DNA from: Deferrisomatales bacterium
GTDB taxonomy: Bacteria; Desulfobacterota; Deferrisomatia; Deferrisomatales; JACRMM01
DNA: 64,000 bases
Assembly (NCBI GenBank): GCA_033551855.1
Contig: JAWSUI010000007.1
Span: 1 to 64,000 of the forward strand
Direction of reading: 5' to 3'
Shown: one piece after another, positions 7,876 to 16,833 of the stretch
How positions within the stretch are numbered: position 1 is the stretch's first letter
Layout of the letters: each line of letters opens with the position of its first letter
Made by a program: the position numbers and the translations under genes
Notes under the pieces: generated by a model
The model's input: the letters and a program-made list of their open reading frames with translations, nothing else
Told to the model about the DNA's origin: nothing
Database searches by the model: none

Positions 7876-10087
7876 AGGCAGCTCCCCACAGGGGGTCGTA
7901 GTAGATGGTTCCGGCTGGCGCCACGAGGTAGCGGCCCCGGGTCTCCCAGTTCTGCCAGCTCCGGCCCTTCGGGAAGGGCATGGGGATGGCGAGTTCAGCG
8001 AGGACGCCGTCGGCGTCTTCCTCCCTCACCATCTCCACGGTGTAGCCCGGCTCCATCAAAGGCTCTTTGTCCGTCTGGGAGAGCCAGGGGTCTTCGATCC
8101 AGTGGCAGCGAAAGTCGCTCACTCCGGCTTCGCCTTCTTCCTCCGGAAGAGCGAGGAAGGCGTCGGCCAGCTCTCGCTGGGATCTTGGCTCGCCGTCCGC
8201 AACCTGGACTAGCCAAGCTTCGACCCGGGCACAGAAACGCTCGGCGTCGGCCTTGGTGTTGGCATAGGGACGCGCGTCTTCGGGTCGAACGAGGAGGGCC
8301 AGCTTGGCTTCGGCCGGTGCGTCGTCGCGGCGGTTGAGGCGCCCCAGCCGCTGGATCAGGGACGGCACAGGCGCGAGCTCTGACACCAGCAGGTCGGCCG
8401 AGAGGTCCAGGGACACCTCCGCCACCTGGGTCGTTACAGCGAGGAGGCCGGGGCACTCGGGGCAGAAGCCGTCGACGACGCGCCTCTGGCGCGTGAGCCG
8501 GTCCCGGTACCGGTACCGACTGTGAAACGGCTCCACGGGAAGACACTCGTCGGCGCCCCGGCGGCCCACCCCGACAGCCCGGGCCACCGTGTTGCAGACC
8601 CACAGCACCTTGCCTCCCCCGCGGACCACCCGGGCTGCCTCGACCCAAGCCGCCTCGTCCGTCGCCTCCCTGAGCGTGTAGCGCTTTGCGGCTTCCCTCT
8701 CCGCGGGGCCGTCGACTTCCTCGATGCTGCCCCGCCTGGCGCACGCCGCTCCGAGCGCCCTGCGCCTTTCCGGCGGCAACGTTGCTGTCATCAAGAGGAC
8801 AGGTGCGGTCGGGAAGATCTCCAGGAAACGCAGCAGGTGTTGGAAGAGCTTGGGAGAATAGGCGTGTATCTCATCAAAGACAAAGGCCGCCCGCGCAATG
8901 GCCGGCCACGCGTATAGGCCCCGGCGGACGTTCTGAAGGAGGCCCAGAACGGTGTGCGCGGTGCACACGGCCGCCGGAATGGGCCACGTCTCGATGGCCT
9001 CGATCTGCAACATCCGGAGCTCGCGCTCTGACCTCGTTGGTTCAGGCATGTTCTCCAGGAGACGGTAGTCCACACGCGAGCGGGAGTGGATGAGCACGGC
9101 CTCGAAGTCAGGGTCTTGGAGGTACCCGGCGAAGCCTTCGGACGCAGTTGCCGTAGTTGGGTAGCAGAGGAAGAGGCGGCGCCCCTCCGCGTGCTCGGCC
9201 GCCCAGAGATAGGCTGCCGCCGTCTTGCCGGAGCCGCATCCGGCCGTGAGAAGGGCCGTCGCCGATTCGGTGCGGCGCACGGCCTCTTGGAACGGGCGCG
9301 GAGACTTGCCCCGGAGGCGCTGCCTTACCACGGCTTCCAACCCCTCTCGGGTGAGCGTGGTAGAGAGGCGGTCGCGGAGCCACGACCCGAGAGGCTTGTC
9401 CGATGGGAGTGCCGACCCCGCGGTGTCCGCGCAAAGCAGCGCCGCCTTGAGGCACGCCACGAAGAGGCGCTGGTTCCTGAGTTCCTCGGTGTCGAGCTCT
9501 CGGCGGATCGCGCCGGCCCTCGCGTTCACTCCGTCGAACGAGTCGAGGGGGAACGCGGTGTCCGAGACTGCCGGCGGCCGGGGTAAGCCAAAGCGCCGGG
9601 ACCCGAGGGCCAAGTAGTCTTCGAGGTCTGGGTGCGCGCCCAGAAAACGCACTTCCATTCCCTGACGTCTCTTCGTGTCCGGAAACTTCAGGTGATGACC
9701 GCTCACGGTGGCCAGGACAGCGGGGAGAAACCAATCCGGCCGTCCCGACCAGCCGGCGGTCAGCCAGTCCCACAGAACGTCGCGGGCCACCACGAGCCCC
9801 AGGACCTCGTGCCGAATTCCTTGACGGGGTTGCACTTTGCGGACCGCCCCTTGGAAGTGGTCGTTCGCCTTGCCGAGATCGTGAAGCCAGGCGGCCAGGA
9901 ATAGGGCATCCCGCCAAAGCTCTGCCTGTTCCCCTCCGCAGAGCAGTCGCTCCATGTCCTTGGCGAGCACCTCCCCGAAGACCTCCGCGGCGCTCAGCAC
10001 GCGTGCGGTGTGGCCAAGCAGCGTCGCCTCCTCGGGCGGCGCTCTGGGGTCTGGGGCGGACTTCGCCAGCAGGCGTCGGAACTTCAC
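7841..10087 (-). CDS. cas3: Cas3 HD nuclease-helicase
   Basis: LHDLGKAND (HD), AGCGSGKT, FDEIH, MTATLP, QRLGRLNR; GTG 10087 overlaps the cas6 stop. Confidence 0.96.
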   Translation of the reverse strand: MKFRRLLAKSAPDPRAPPEEATLLGHTARVLSAAEVFGEVLAKDMERLLCGGEQAELWRDALFLAAWLHDLGKANDHFQGAVRKVQPRQGIRHEVLGLVVARDVLWDWLTAGWSGRPDWFLPAVLATVSGHHLKFPDTKRRQGMEVRFLGAHPDLEDYLALGSRRFGLPRPPAVSDTAFPLDSFDGVNARAGAIRRELDTEELRNQRLFVACLKAALLCADTAGSALPSDKPLGSWLRDRLSTTLTREGLEAVVRQRLRGKSPRPFQEAVRRTESATALLTAGCGSGKTAAAYLWAAEHAEGRRLFLCYPTTATASEGFAGYLQDPDFEAVLIHSRSRVDYRLLENMPEPTRSERELRMLQIEAIETWPIPAAVCTAHTVLGLLQNVRRGLYAWPAIARAAFVFDEIHAYSPKLFQHLLRFLEIFPTAPVLLMTATLPPERRRALGAACARRGSIEEVDGPAEREAAKRYTLREATDEAAWVEAARVVRGGGKVLWVCNTVARAVGVGRRGADECLPVEPFHSRYRYRDRLTRQRRVVDGFCPECPGLLAVTTQVAEVSLDLSADLLVSELAPVPSLIQRLGRLNRRDDAPAEAKLALLVRPEDARPYANTKADAERFCARVEAWLVQVADGEPRSQRELADAFLALPEEEGEAGVSDFRCHWIEDPWLSQTDKEPLMEPGYTVEMVREEDADGVLAELAIPMPFPKGRSWQNWETRGRYLVAPAGTIYYDPLWGAAYGRQELDPWII

Positions 10088-10674
10088 GCGTCTCTCGTCT
10101 CGAAGAACCCGCCCCCCATCTTCCTTCGCCCCCCCAGCCCGTGCTCCTGGAGGGCGATCGACTCCTCGGCCGTGAGCTCGCTTGCGAGCACCGAGTAGCC
10201 CACCACCTGCTTGCCGTGGACGCCGAAGGTGCGGCGCTCGCCCACGGTGAGCCTGCCCTTCACGCCCAGGGCGCCCGCCTGGCGGCGGATCTCGTCGGCG
10301 AACCGGGCCGAGTCTTGGCCGTTCCTGGTGGTGACGAGGTGGGCGTAGAGGGTTGCTGCGGGCACCAGGGCCCGGGTTTGGGGCACCCCCAGGCGCAGGC
10401 GGTGGCCGTCGACCTCGAGGGTCTTCCCGGCCAGGGGCAGGTAGGCGCGAATCCTTCCGGCAGGAAGGCGCAGGACGAGCTCGGTGTGGGGGGTGAGATC
10501 GAGGAGTCCGTTGCCCACGTAGCGGCCCCGCACCAGCCCCATGGCGAGGTCGGACGCCTCGTGGTGGGCGGGGAGCAGCCGGCACAGCGCCCCGTAGAGT
10601 CCGTAGCCGTGGTCGATGGGCAGCGTTCGGCCCGCCGCGTGGAACGCCAGGTCCACCTTGGGTTGCGCTGTCAT
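10084..10674 (-). CDS. cas6: Cas6 endoribonuclease (MYXAN type)
   Basis: VDLAF...LPIDHGYGLYGAL; C-terminal glycine loop GLGGRRKMGGGFF. Confidence 0.93.
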   Translation of the reverse strand: MTAQPKVDLAFHAAGRTLPIDHGYGLYGALCRLLPAHHEASDLAMGLVRGRYVGNGLLDLTPHTELVLRLPAGRIRAYLPLAGKTLEVDGHRLRLGVPQTRALVPAATLYAHLVTTRNGQDSARFADEIRRQAGALGVKGRLTVGERRTFGVHGKQVVGYSVLASELTAEESIALQEHGLGGRRKMGGGFFETRDA

Positions 10675-10743
10675 GGCAGCCGGTCTCCTCTGCGCCTCTT
10701 CCTGCCGGCACCGCCCCCCCTTCTCCTTCTCCGGGGCCTTGGT

Positions 10744-10795
10744 CGTCACTCGACGGGCATCATAGCAACAACGAGTGACAGATCGCGTCACTCGA
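10744..10795 (-). promoter_or_regulatory. Putative cas operon promoter (extended -10 TGCTATGAT) flanked by GTCACTCG operator half-sites
   Basis: TATGAT at 10759-10764 on the minus strand; GTCACTCG at 10745 and 10787; inverted copy CGAGTGAC at 10772. Confidence 0.55.
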
Positions 10796-11174
10796 GATTG
10801 TTCGGGTTGGGGCCGTCCCGGGGGGTAGCACCGCCCCGGCGGATAGCCAGTCCGACGCTCATCATAGCCGGGTAACTCCCCGGGGCACATCACCCGAAGG
10901 AGGCAAACTGCTTTGCCTCGGACGCGGGAGGCACCCTACGGCGTCACGTGGGTGCATTGATCGGGCAAGACGCTCGCAGGCTTCATATAGTCCTGCCGAA
11001 AATGCGTGGGGGGACTGCTTCGACGGGCGGAGCGCGGCCGTGGGTTCTCCGCGCGCCAGACGGGTACAACCGGCGAAGGCGGTCTGGCTCTCGGAAGTGC
11101 GTACGGCGCAGCAGCCGGCACCCCCGAGCGCCTTCGGCCTTTTCCTCTCCAGCCCGCCCTGCCCGCGAGAGAGG

Positions 11175-11780
11175 TCAGCCCGAAGCCAGCCTCCGCCCCG
11201 CGGCACGGGCGGGGCGCAGCACCCGTTCGGGCACCGCGGGGTGCTCCTCGTCCCCGAGGAGGCCGGCGAAGACCGAGGCCACCGGGCGGGCCCCCAGGGT
11301 CTTCGCCATGGCCCGCAAGGCCCGGGGCGAACCGGTGGCCAGGGGGATGAGGAAGCCCGGCATGGCCGCGGTCGTGACGAGCACCGCCCGCGTGCCCCGG
11401 TCCTTCACCCGCATGACCGGACCCCCGCCGCTCTTCCAGGGCCAGTAGGCGAAGCACACGAGCCGTTCCAGGAACCGCCGGGTGAGGGCGTTGACGTTGT
11501 AGAAGTTCACGGGCGCCCCGAGAACGAGCCCGTCGGCCTGCCGGCAGAGGTCCAGGAGCTCCCCCAGGTCGTCGTCGTGGACGCACCGGCCCGGCTCGGG
11601 GCCGGGCTCCTGGGCGCACCGGCGGCAGTTCGTGCAGAACTCGATACGCGTGTCGAGGAGGTACTCCTTGGCTGCCTGCGCTCCGGCGTCCTCTGCCCCG
11701 CGCAGCACCTCCCCCACGAGGGCATCGACCGCGCCCCCCTTGCGGTAGCTCCCCACGATTCCGAGGACCTTCCTGGACAC
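11175..11780 (-). CDS. Flavodoxin-family / iron-sulfur flavoprotein
   Basis: KVLGIVGSYRKGG, CTNCRRC...C...DD, DGLVLGAPVNF; AGGAAGGAG SD. Confidence 0.85.
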   Translation of the reverse strand: MSRKVLGIVGSYRKGGAVDALVGEVLRGAEDAGAQAAKEYLLDTRIEFCTNCRRCAQEPGPEPGRCVHDDDLGELLDLCRQADGLVLGAPVNFYNVNALTRRFLERLVCFAYWPWKSGGGPVMRVKDRGTRAVLVTTAAMPGFLIPLATGSPRALRAMAKTLGARPVASVFAGLLGDEEHPAVPERVLRPARAAGRRLASG

Positions 11781-11908
11781 GGTCGCACTCCTTCCTGGTC
11801 GGCCACGGCCCGGGCGTGACCCGACGTCCCTCCGCAGGCGTTCCTTCCCTCCTGCCCCTCTCGGCGGAGCGGGGCAGTGCCCGGGGAACCGTCCCCGTCG
11901 GTCTCTCG

Positions 11909-12472
11909 TCAGGAGACTCCCCCCGCCACACTCCCCACGCTCCGGCGCACCTGCTCCACCAGTTCCTCGAGCAGCGCCCCCGCCCGGGGGCGGGACAGCA
12001 CGTGCAGCTCGCAGTCGGGGCGGAGCTTCACCTCCTCTATGAGTCCCGAGCCCTTCTCGGCCACCGTGGCGACGACCGCGGCGGGGCCGTCGAGCCAGTG
12101 GTGGACGAGGCCGCGGAACGTGGGGCTCGCGCACTCCATCTTGCCGATTTCGTCCACGAGGAGCACCGGGCGGCCGCGGGTGTCGAGATTCCGGAGGAAG
12201 GCGTCGAAGGCGCGCACATCGACCCCGTAGCGCCCGACCCGGCGCGGGAGGGGGAGATCCACGTGGGCGAGCACCGCCTCGGTTCCGTCGAGGCCCACCA
12301 GGCGAAACCCGGTGCGCCGCCCCTCCCGGCGGATCTCCGCGGTGTAGAAGCCGCCGGGGCGCAGGTCCCGCAGGCGCTCGGCCAGGCGCTCCATCAGGGT
12401 GGTCTTGCCCTCCCCGGAGGGCGCAGTAACGAGGATGTTGGCTCCGGGCTCCGAGACGGCGCTTGCGCTCAT
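11909..12472 (-). CDS. THEP1-like nucleoside triphosphatase
   Basis: SGEGKTT Walker A, GGFYTAEIR, VGRYGV, LVDEIGKME. Confidence 0.88.
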   Translation of the reverse strand: MSASAVSEPGANILVTAPSGEGKTTLMERLAERLRDLRPGGFYTAEIRREGRRTGFRLVGLDGTEAVLAHVDLPLPRRVGRYGVDVRAFDAFLRNLDTRGRPVLLVDEIGKMECASPTFRGLVHHWLDGPAAVVATVAEKGSGLIEEVKLRPDCELHVLSRPRAGALLEELVEQVRRSVGSVAGGVS

Positions 12473-12583
12473 GGGGTTCTCCTGGGCCGGCTCGCCTAGG
12501 CCGCAGAGAGGGCCCCCAGGGTAGCACAAGGGCGCCGGGTCCTCGACCGCCTCTGGGTCGGCGAAGGCGGTCTCGCCCCCCAC

Positions 12584-12611
12584 TTGACAGTTCCCCGGGC
12601 CCATCTACCCT
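12584..12611 (+). promoter_or_regulatory. Sigma70-like promoter
   Basis: TTGACA-N16-TACCCT upstream of the 12647 operon. Confidence 0.5.
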
Positions 12612-12646
12612 TGCCCGCAGCGCATCGATACGTTGGAGGCAGCGCC

Positions 12647-12964
12647 GTGGCCATCCTCGAAATCAGCGTGGTCCCCCTGGGGACCGGGACCCCGAGCCTG
12701 AGTACCCACCTGGCGGAGATCCCCCGGGTCCTCGCGGAGAGCGGGCTGCGCCACCAGACACACCCCATGGGTACGGTGGTGGAGGGCCCCGCAGCGGAGC
12801 TCCTGGCCCTGGCGGGAAGGCTGCACGAAGCGGGCTTCGCCGGGGGGGCCCAGCGGGTCTCCACTCACTTCATCTTGGACGACCGGCGCGACGTGAGCCG
12901 GCCCATGGAGGAGAAAGTGAGGAGTCTGGAGCGCGCCGGACGGGTTCGAGCGGGGGCGTTGTGA
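12647..12964 (+). CDS. MTH1187/YkoF-family thiamine-binding protein
   Basis: AILEISVVPLGTG, HPMGTVVEG, DDRRD...MEEKVRS. Confidence 0.85.
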   Translation: MAILEISVVPLGTGTPSLSTHLAEIPRVLAESGLRHQTHPMGTVVEGPAAELLALAGRLHEAGFAGGAQRVSTHFILDDRRDVSRPMEEKVRSLERAGRVRAGAL

Positions 12965-13431
12965 TCGAGATCCCGATCCCGGGCGGCGAACCCCTGCGCC
13001 TGGCCGCCCTCCTGCTGGACATGAACGGCACCCTGTCCACGGACGGGCGGGTCGCGCCGGGGGTCCTCGAGAGGCTCCGGCGCCTGGGCCGGCAGGTACG
13101 GGTGGTGGTAGCCACCGCCGACACCTTCGGCACCGCGCGGAAAGCCTTGGCGGTGGGAGGGGTGGAGCTCCGGGTGCTCCATGCCGGAAGCCAAGCGGCC
13201 CAGAAGGAGCGGATCCTGGAGGAGCTCGGCGTCGAGACGACAGCGGCGGTGGGAAACGGGCACAACGACCGCCGCATGGTGGCCCGGGCCGCGATCGGGG
13301 TCGCCGTCCTCGGACGGGAAGGCGCAGCCGGGGAGACCCTCCGCCGGGCCCGGGTGGTGGCGGCCTCCCCAGAGGACGCCCTCGACCTCTTCCTGGAGCC
13401 CCGGCGCCTCACGGCGACCCTGCGGGACTGA
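12961..13431 (+). CDS. HAD-family hydrolase (soluble P-type ATPase-like)
   Basis: LLDMNGTL, TADTFG, VGNGHND; C-terminal P.RL.ATLR. Confidence 0.85.
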   Translation: MIEIPIPGGEPLRLAALLLDMNGTLSTDGRVAPGVLERLRRLGRQVRVVVATADTFGTARKALAVGGVELRVLHAGSQAAQKERILEELGVETTAAVGNGHNDRRMVARAAIGVAVLGREGAAGETLRRARVVAASPEDALDLFLEPRRLTATLRD

Positions 13432-13445
13432 AGCGCGAGGACGAG

Positions 13446-14501
13446 ATGGCCCTCTCCCATCCCGACGCCGCCTGCGAACGAGACGCCATCCTCTGGGAGC
13501 CGCTGGAGGACAAGGCGGTACACTGCGGGCTCTGTGCCCACGGCTGTCGGATCCCCGAAGGCGCCACCGGGCTGTGCGGCGTTCGCCAGAACCGCGGGGG
13601 CACCCTGCGCACCCTCGTGTACGGGCGCCTGGTGTTCAGCAACGTGGACCCCATCGAGAAGAAGCCCTTCTTCCACGTCCGGCCGGGATCCCTCTCCTAC
13701 TCGATCGCCACGGCCGGCTGCAATTTCCGCTGCTCCCACTGCCAGAACTACGAGATCAGCCAGGTCCAGCGGGAAAAGGACAGCCTGCCGGGCCGGTTCA
13801 CGCCGCCCCAAGCCGTGGTAGCCGCTGCCCGGGAATCCGGGTGCGCAAGCATCGCCTACACCTACACCGAGCCGACCATCTTCTTCGAGTACGCCCTGGA
13901 CTGCATGCGGCTCGCCCGTCGGGAAGGTCTTCTGAACGTCTTCGTGACCAACGGGTACGAGAGCCCGGCCTGCGTCGAGACGGCCGCCCCGTATCTGGAC
14001 GGGGCCAACGTAGACCTCAAGGCGATGACCGACGAGTTCTACCGGAAGGTGTGCGGGGCCCGCCTCGAGCCGGTGCTGCGCACCATCCGGGACCTGTGGG
14101 GAAGGGGGGTGTGGGTGGAAGTGACGACCCTCGTCATCCCCCACCACAACGACCGCCCGGAGGAGCTCAGGGAAATCGTCCGCTTCCTCCTCTCCGTGAG
14201 CCCGGACCTGCCCTGGCACGTGACCGGCTTCTACCCCACCTACCGCCTCACCTCAGAACCGCCGACCCCCGCATCCTCATTGGACACGGCGCGCCGGATC
14301 GGTCTCGAGGAGGGGCTCCGCTACGTCTACTCCGGCAACCGGCCGGGCAGGGGCGGCGAGGACACCCTCTGCCCCTCCTGCCGCCGGCCGGTGGTCCGGC
14401 GCCTGGGGTTTGCCGTGCTGGACAACGCCCTGGGACCCGGCGGGCGCTGCCCGGGGTGCAACCGGGCCATCGCAGGTCTCACCATGGGAGGTGCCGCATG
14501 A
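13446..14501 (+). CDS. amrS: AmmeMemoRadiSam system radical SAM enzyme
   Basis: DPIEKKPFFH, GCNFRCSHCQNYEISQ, IAYTYTEP, N- and C-terminal Cys clusters. Confidence 0.88.
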   Translation: MALSHPDAACERDAILWEPLEDKAVHCGLCAHGCRIPEGATGLCGVRQNRGGTLRTLVYGRLVFSNVDPIEKKPFFHVRPGSLSYSIATAGCNFRCSHCQNYEISQVQREKDSLPGRFTPPQAVVAAARESGCASIAYTYTEPTIFFEYALDCMRLARREGLLNVFVTNGYESPACVETAAPYLDGANVDLKAMTDEFYRKVCGARLEPVLRTIRDLWGRGVWVEVTTLVIPHHNDRPEELREIVRFLLSVSPDLPWHVTGFYPTYRLTSEPPTPASSLDTARRIGLEEGLRYVYSGNRPGRGGEDTLCPSCRRPVVRRLGFAVLDNALGPGGRCPGCNRAIAGLTMGGAA

Positions 14502-14959
14502 GTTACCGGAAGATCCTGATTCCCCTGGACGGTTCGGAGCTGGCGGAGGCGGCGGTGGACGCCGCCGCTCCCCTGGCCAAGGCCTTCGGCGGGGAGATCT
14601 TGCTCCTCGGCGTCCTGGACCTCACCGCCGGGATGTACGACGTGTACTCCGAGGCCTTCAGCCCCGTGGACCTGCGGGCCCAACTCGAGAAATTCATCGA
14701 AAACGCGCTGGACCGGGCCGAAGGGCGGGTGCAGGCCGAGGGCCTTCCGGCGAGGCGCTTCCTCGAGGTCGGCGTACCCCACGAGGAAATCTCGGCGCTC
14801 GCCCGCCGAGAGGGCGCGGAGCTGATCGTCATGACCACCCACGGCCGCAAGGGCCTCACCCACCTGCTCCTCGGGAGCGTGACCGAGAAGCTGATCCGGA
14901 CCGCGCCCTGCCCGGTACTGGTGGTGCCGCCGCCCCCGGCCCAGCAAGGCACCCCTTGA
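14498..14959 (+). CDS. Universal stress protein
   Basis: YRKILIPLDGS, LIVMTTHGRKG...LLGSVTEKLIRTAPCPVLVV. Confidence 0.93.
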   Translation: MSYRKILIPLDGSELAEAAVDAAAPLAKAFGGEILLLGVLDLTAGMYDVYSEAFSPVDLRAQLEKFIENALDRAEGRVQAEGLPARRFLEVGVPHEEISALARREGAELIVMTTHGRKGLTHLLLGSVTEKLIRTAPCPVLVVPPPPAQQGTP

Positions 14960-15002
14960 CAGGTGGTGGCGGGCGTGGGATAGGCAACTTCGGAGGTCAG
15001 CA

Positions 15003-15434
15003 ATGATCATCACCCGCGCCACCGAGTACTCCCTGCGGGCCATGCTCCACCTGGCCCACTCGTACCCGGCCCCCGTGGTCTCCAAACAGGAGATCTGCGA
15101 GGCCGAGGGCGTCACGCCGGCGTTCCTCACCAAGATCCTGCAACCTCTCATCCGCTCGGGGCTGGTGCGCTCGAAGCGGGGGGTCTCCGGGGGTTTCGCG
15201 CTCGCCAGGAACCCGGCCCGCGTCACCGTCCTGGACGTGATGCAGGCCGTGGACGAGCCCCTCACCCTGAACCTGTGCCTGCTGGAGGGAAGCCCCTGCG
15301 AGCGCGCCTGCACCTGTCCGGTCCACGACCTGTGGGTTGAGGCCCGGAACAAGCTGGAAGAGATCTTCGGCGCCCGCAGCCTGGCCGACCTCGCCGCGGA
15401 GCGTTCGCGAAGGTCGTCACTCCCCGGCAGCTGA
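15003..15434 (+). CDS. Rrf2-family transcriptional regulator, likely Fe-S binding
   Basis: TRATEYSLRA, SKRGVSGGF, LCLLEGSPCERACTCPVH. Confidence 0.9.
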   Translation: MIITRATEYSLRAMLHLAHSYPAPVVSKQEICEAEGVTPAFLTKILQPLIRSGLVRSKRGVSGGFALARNPARVTVLDVMQAVDEPLTLNLCLLEGSPCERACTCPVHDLWVEARNKLEEIFGARSLADLAAERSRRSSLPGS

Positions 15435-15781
15435 CGAGGCCCGGGCCCCGGAGAACCACCCGACGGCCGTGCCCCCCGCCCACCGTGTCGCCGACTCCAC
15501 CGGGAACCGGTGAGAACCGGCGCAAGGGGTCTTGCGCCGCCGCGCCCTCGGATCGCCGCAGTTGGGTGGGTGCAGCACCGGAGGTTCCGGACCGTGTTCG
15601 CATCCCCCGGTGAAGGCTCGCGGAGGCCCAGAATCCACCACCCCGTCGTGAGCCGGAGTCCGGGAGCCCCGGAGAGCGGAACCGCGCCGCATCGACCGAC
15701 CCGCCTCTTCCGGCGCACCGGGGCCTGCTGGGACGTCCCTTCGAATCGCCGCGGCCTACCGGGCGGAACGTAGGGGCCCCC

Positions 15782-15810
15782 TTGACGGACGGGCCTCCCC
15801 CCGGTAGGTT
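15782..15810 (+). promoter_or_regulatory. Sigma70-like promoter of the nqr-like operon
   Basis: TTGACG-N17-TAGGTT ending 45 bp before the ATG at 15856. Confidence 0.65.
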
Positions 15811-15855
15811 CGCTCCCCGTCCCACCCCTACCGCGAAGGGTTCCCAGAGCGCCCG

Positions 15856-16833
15856 ATGGCACCCCAGAAGCCCCCCCCCTCCGACGCACCGCGCGTGCCA
15901 CTGGTTCGCTGGCAGGCCAACATGACTGCGGTCCTGACAGCCCTGGCGCCGGCGGCGCTCACGGCGCTGTACTTCTACGGGTGGAGGGCCGTAGCGGTCC
16001 TCGCCGTGACGAACGCCGCCGCCTTCGCCACGGAGCGCTACTTCACCCGCCAACGGAAGGAACCGGTGACCTCTGCGGTCTTCGTCACCGGGAGCCTCCT
16101 CGCCCTGTCCCTGCCGCCGGCGACGCCGTTCTGGATGTGCGCCCTGGGGGCGGTGGTGGGGGTAACTTTCGGCAAGGAGCTCTTCGGGGGGATGGGGCGC
16201 AACGTCTTCAACCCGGCCCTGGTGGGACGTGCCTTCCTCTTCGTGACCTTCCCCACCCACGTGACGGCGGGCTGGCTCGAGCCCCTCCGGGGCGGCCCGG
16301 CGGGGCTCACCGCTTGGCTCCCCCCCGACGCCGTGAGCGCCGCCACCCCCCTGCCGACCCTGGCCCAGGGGGAGCCGGTCTCCGCGCTTCTCCTGTTCCT
16401 GGGGGCCGTTCCGGGGAGCCTGGGGGAGACCTGCAAGGCGGCAATCCTCCTGGGGGCCGCGTACCTGCTATGGAAGAAGGTCGCTTCCTGGGAGATCATG
16501 ACCTCCACGGTGGGCGTCTACCTCCTGACCACGGCGGCCTTCCGCCTCCTGGGGTGGGGCGCAGGACCGGACCCCCTTCACGGGGTGCTGGCCGGGGGGC
16601 TTCTCTATGGGGCCGTCTTCATGGCCACCGACCCCGTGAGCGCCAACCGGACCCGTCCTGGGAAGGTGGCCTACGGGGCGGTCATCGGGCTGGTCACCGC
16701 TTTGATCCGAGATCTGGGCAACTTCCCGGAGGGGATGATGTTCGCCATCCTGCTGGGCAACATGTTCGGCCCCATCATGGAGGAAGGCCTGGGCGCCTGG
16801 AAGACCTGGCGGGCAAAGGAAGAGCCCTCGTGA
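15856..16833 (+). CDS. NqrB/RnfD-family membrane subunit
   Basis: KELFGGMGRNVFNPALVGRAFL, FMN site DAVSAATPL, PGSLGET, FMATDPVS, PEGMMFAILLGN. Confidence 0.9.
   Translation: MAPQKPPPSDAPRVPLVRWQANMTAVLTALAPAALTALYFYGWRAVAVLAVTNAAAFATERYFTRQRKEPVTSAVFVTGSLLALSLPPATPFWMCALGAVVGVTFGKELFGGMGRNVFNPALVGRAFLFVTFPTHVTAGWLEPLRGGPAGLTAWLPPDAVSAATPLPTLAQGEPVSALLLFLGAVPGSLGETCKAAILLGAAYLLWKKVASWEIMTSTVGVYLLTTAAFRLLGWGAGPDPLHGVLAGGLLYGAVFMATDPVSANRTRPGKVAYGAVIGLVTALIRDLGNFPEGMMFAILLGNMFGPIMEEGLGAWKTWRAKEEPS

Noticed and set aside
10675..10893. N-terminal extensions of cas6/cas3, and similar upstream extensions of cas1, pcnB, lon and the GGDEF gene in the ORF track
   Set aside because: Low-complexity Arg/Pro/Gly sequence overlapping promoters or other genes; better starts with SD or stop-overlap lie downstream.
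1..11175. CRISPR-associated transposon or prophage context
   Set aside because: cas3 and adaptation genes are intact, and no tns, tniQ, integrase or transposase gene is visible in the window.
15502..15660. Cobalamin riboswitch (GGGAA-CCGGTGAGAA-CCGG start)
   Set aside because: Lacks the GCnACTG and B12-box motifs and lies upstream of the predicted promoter; kept only as an unassigned structure.
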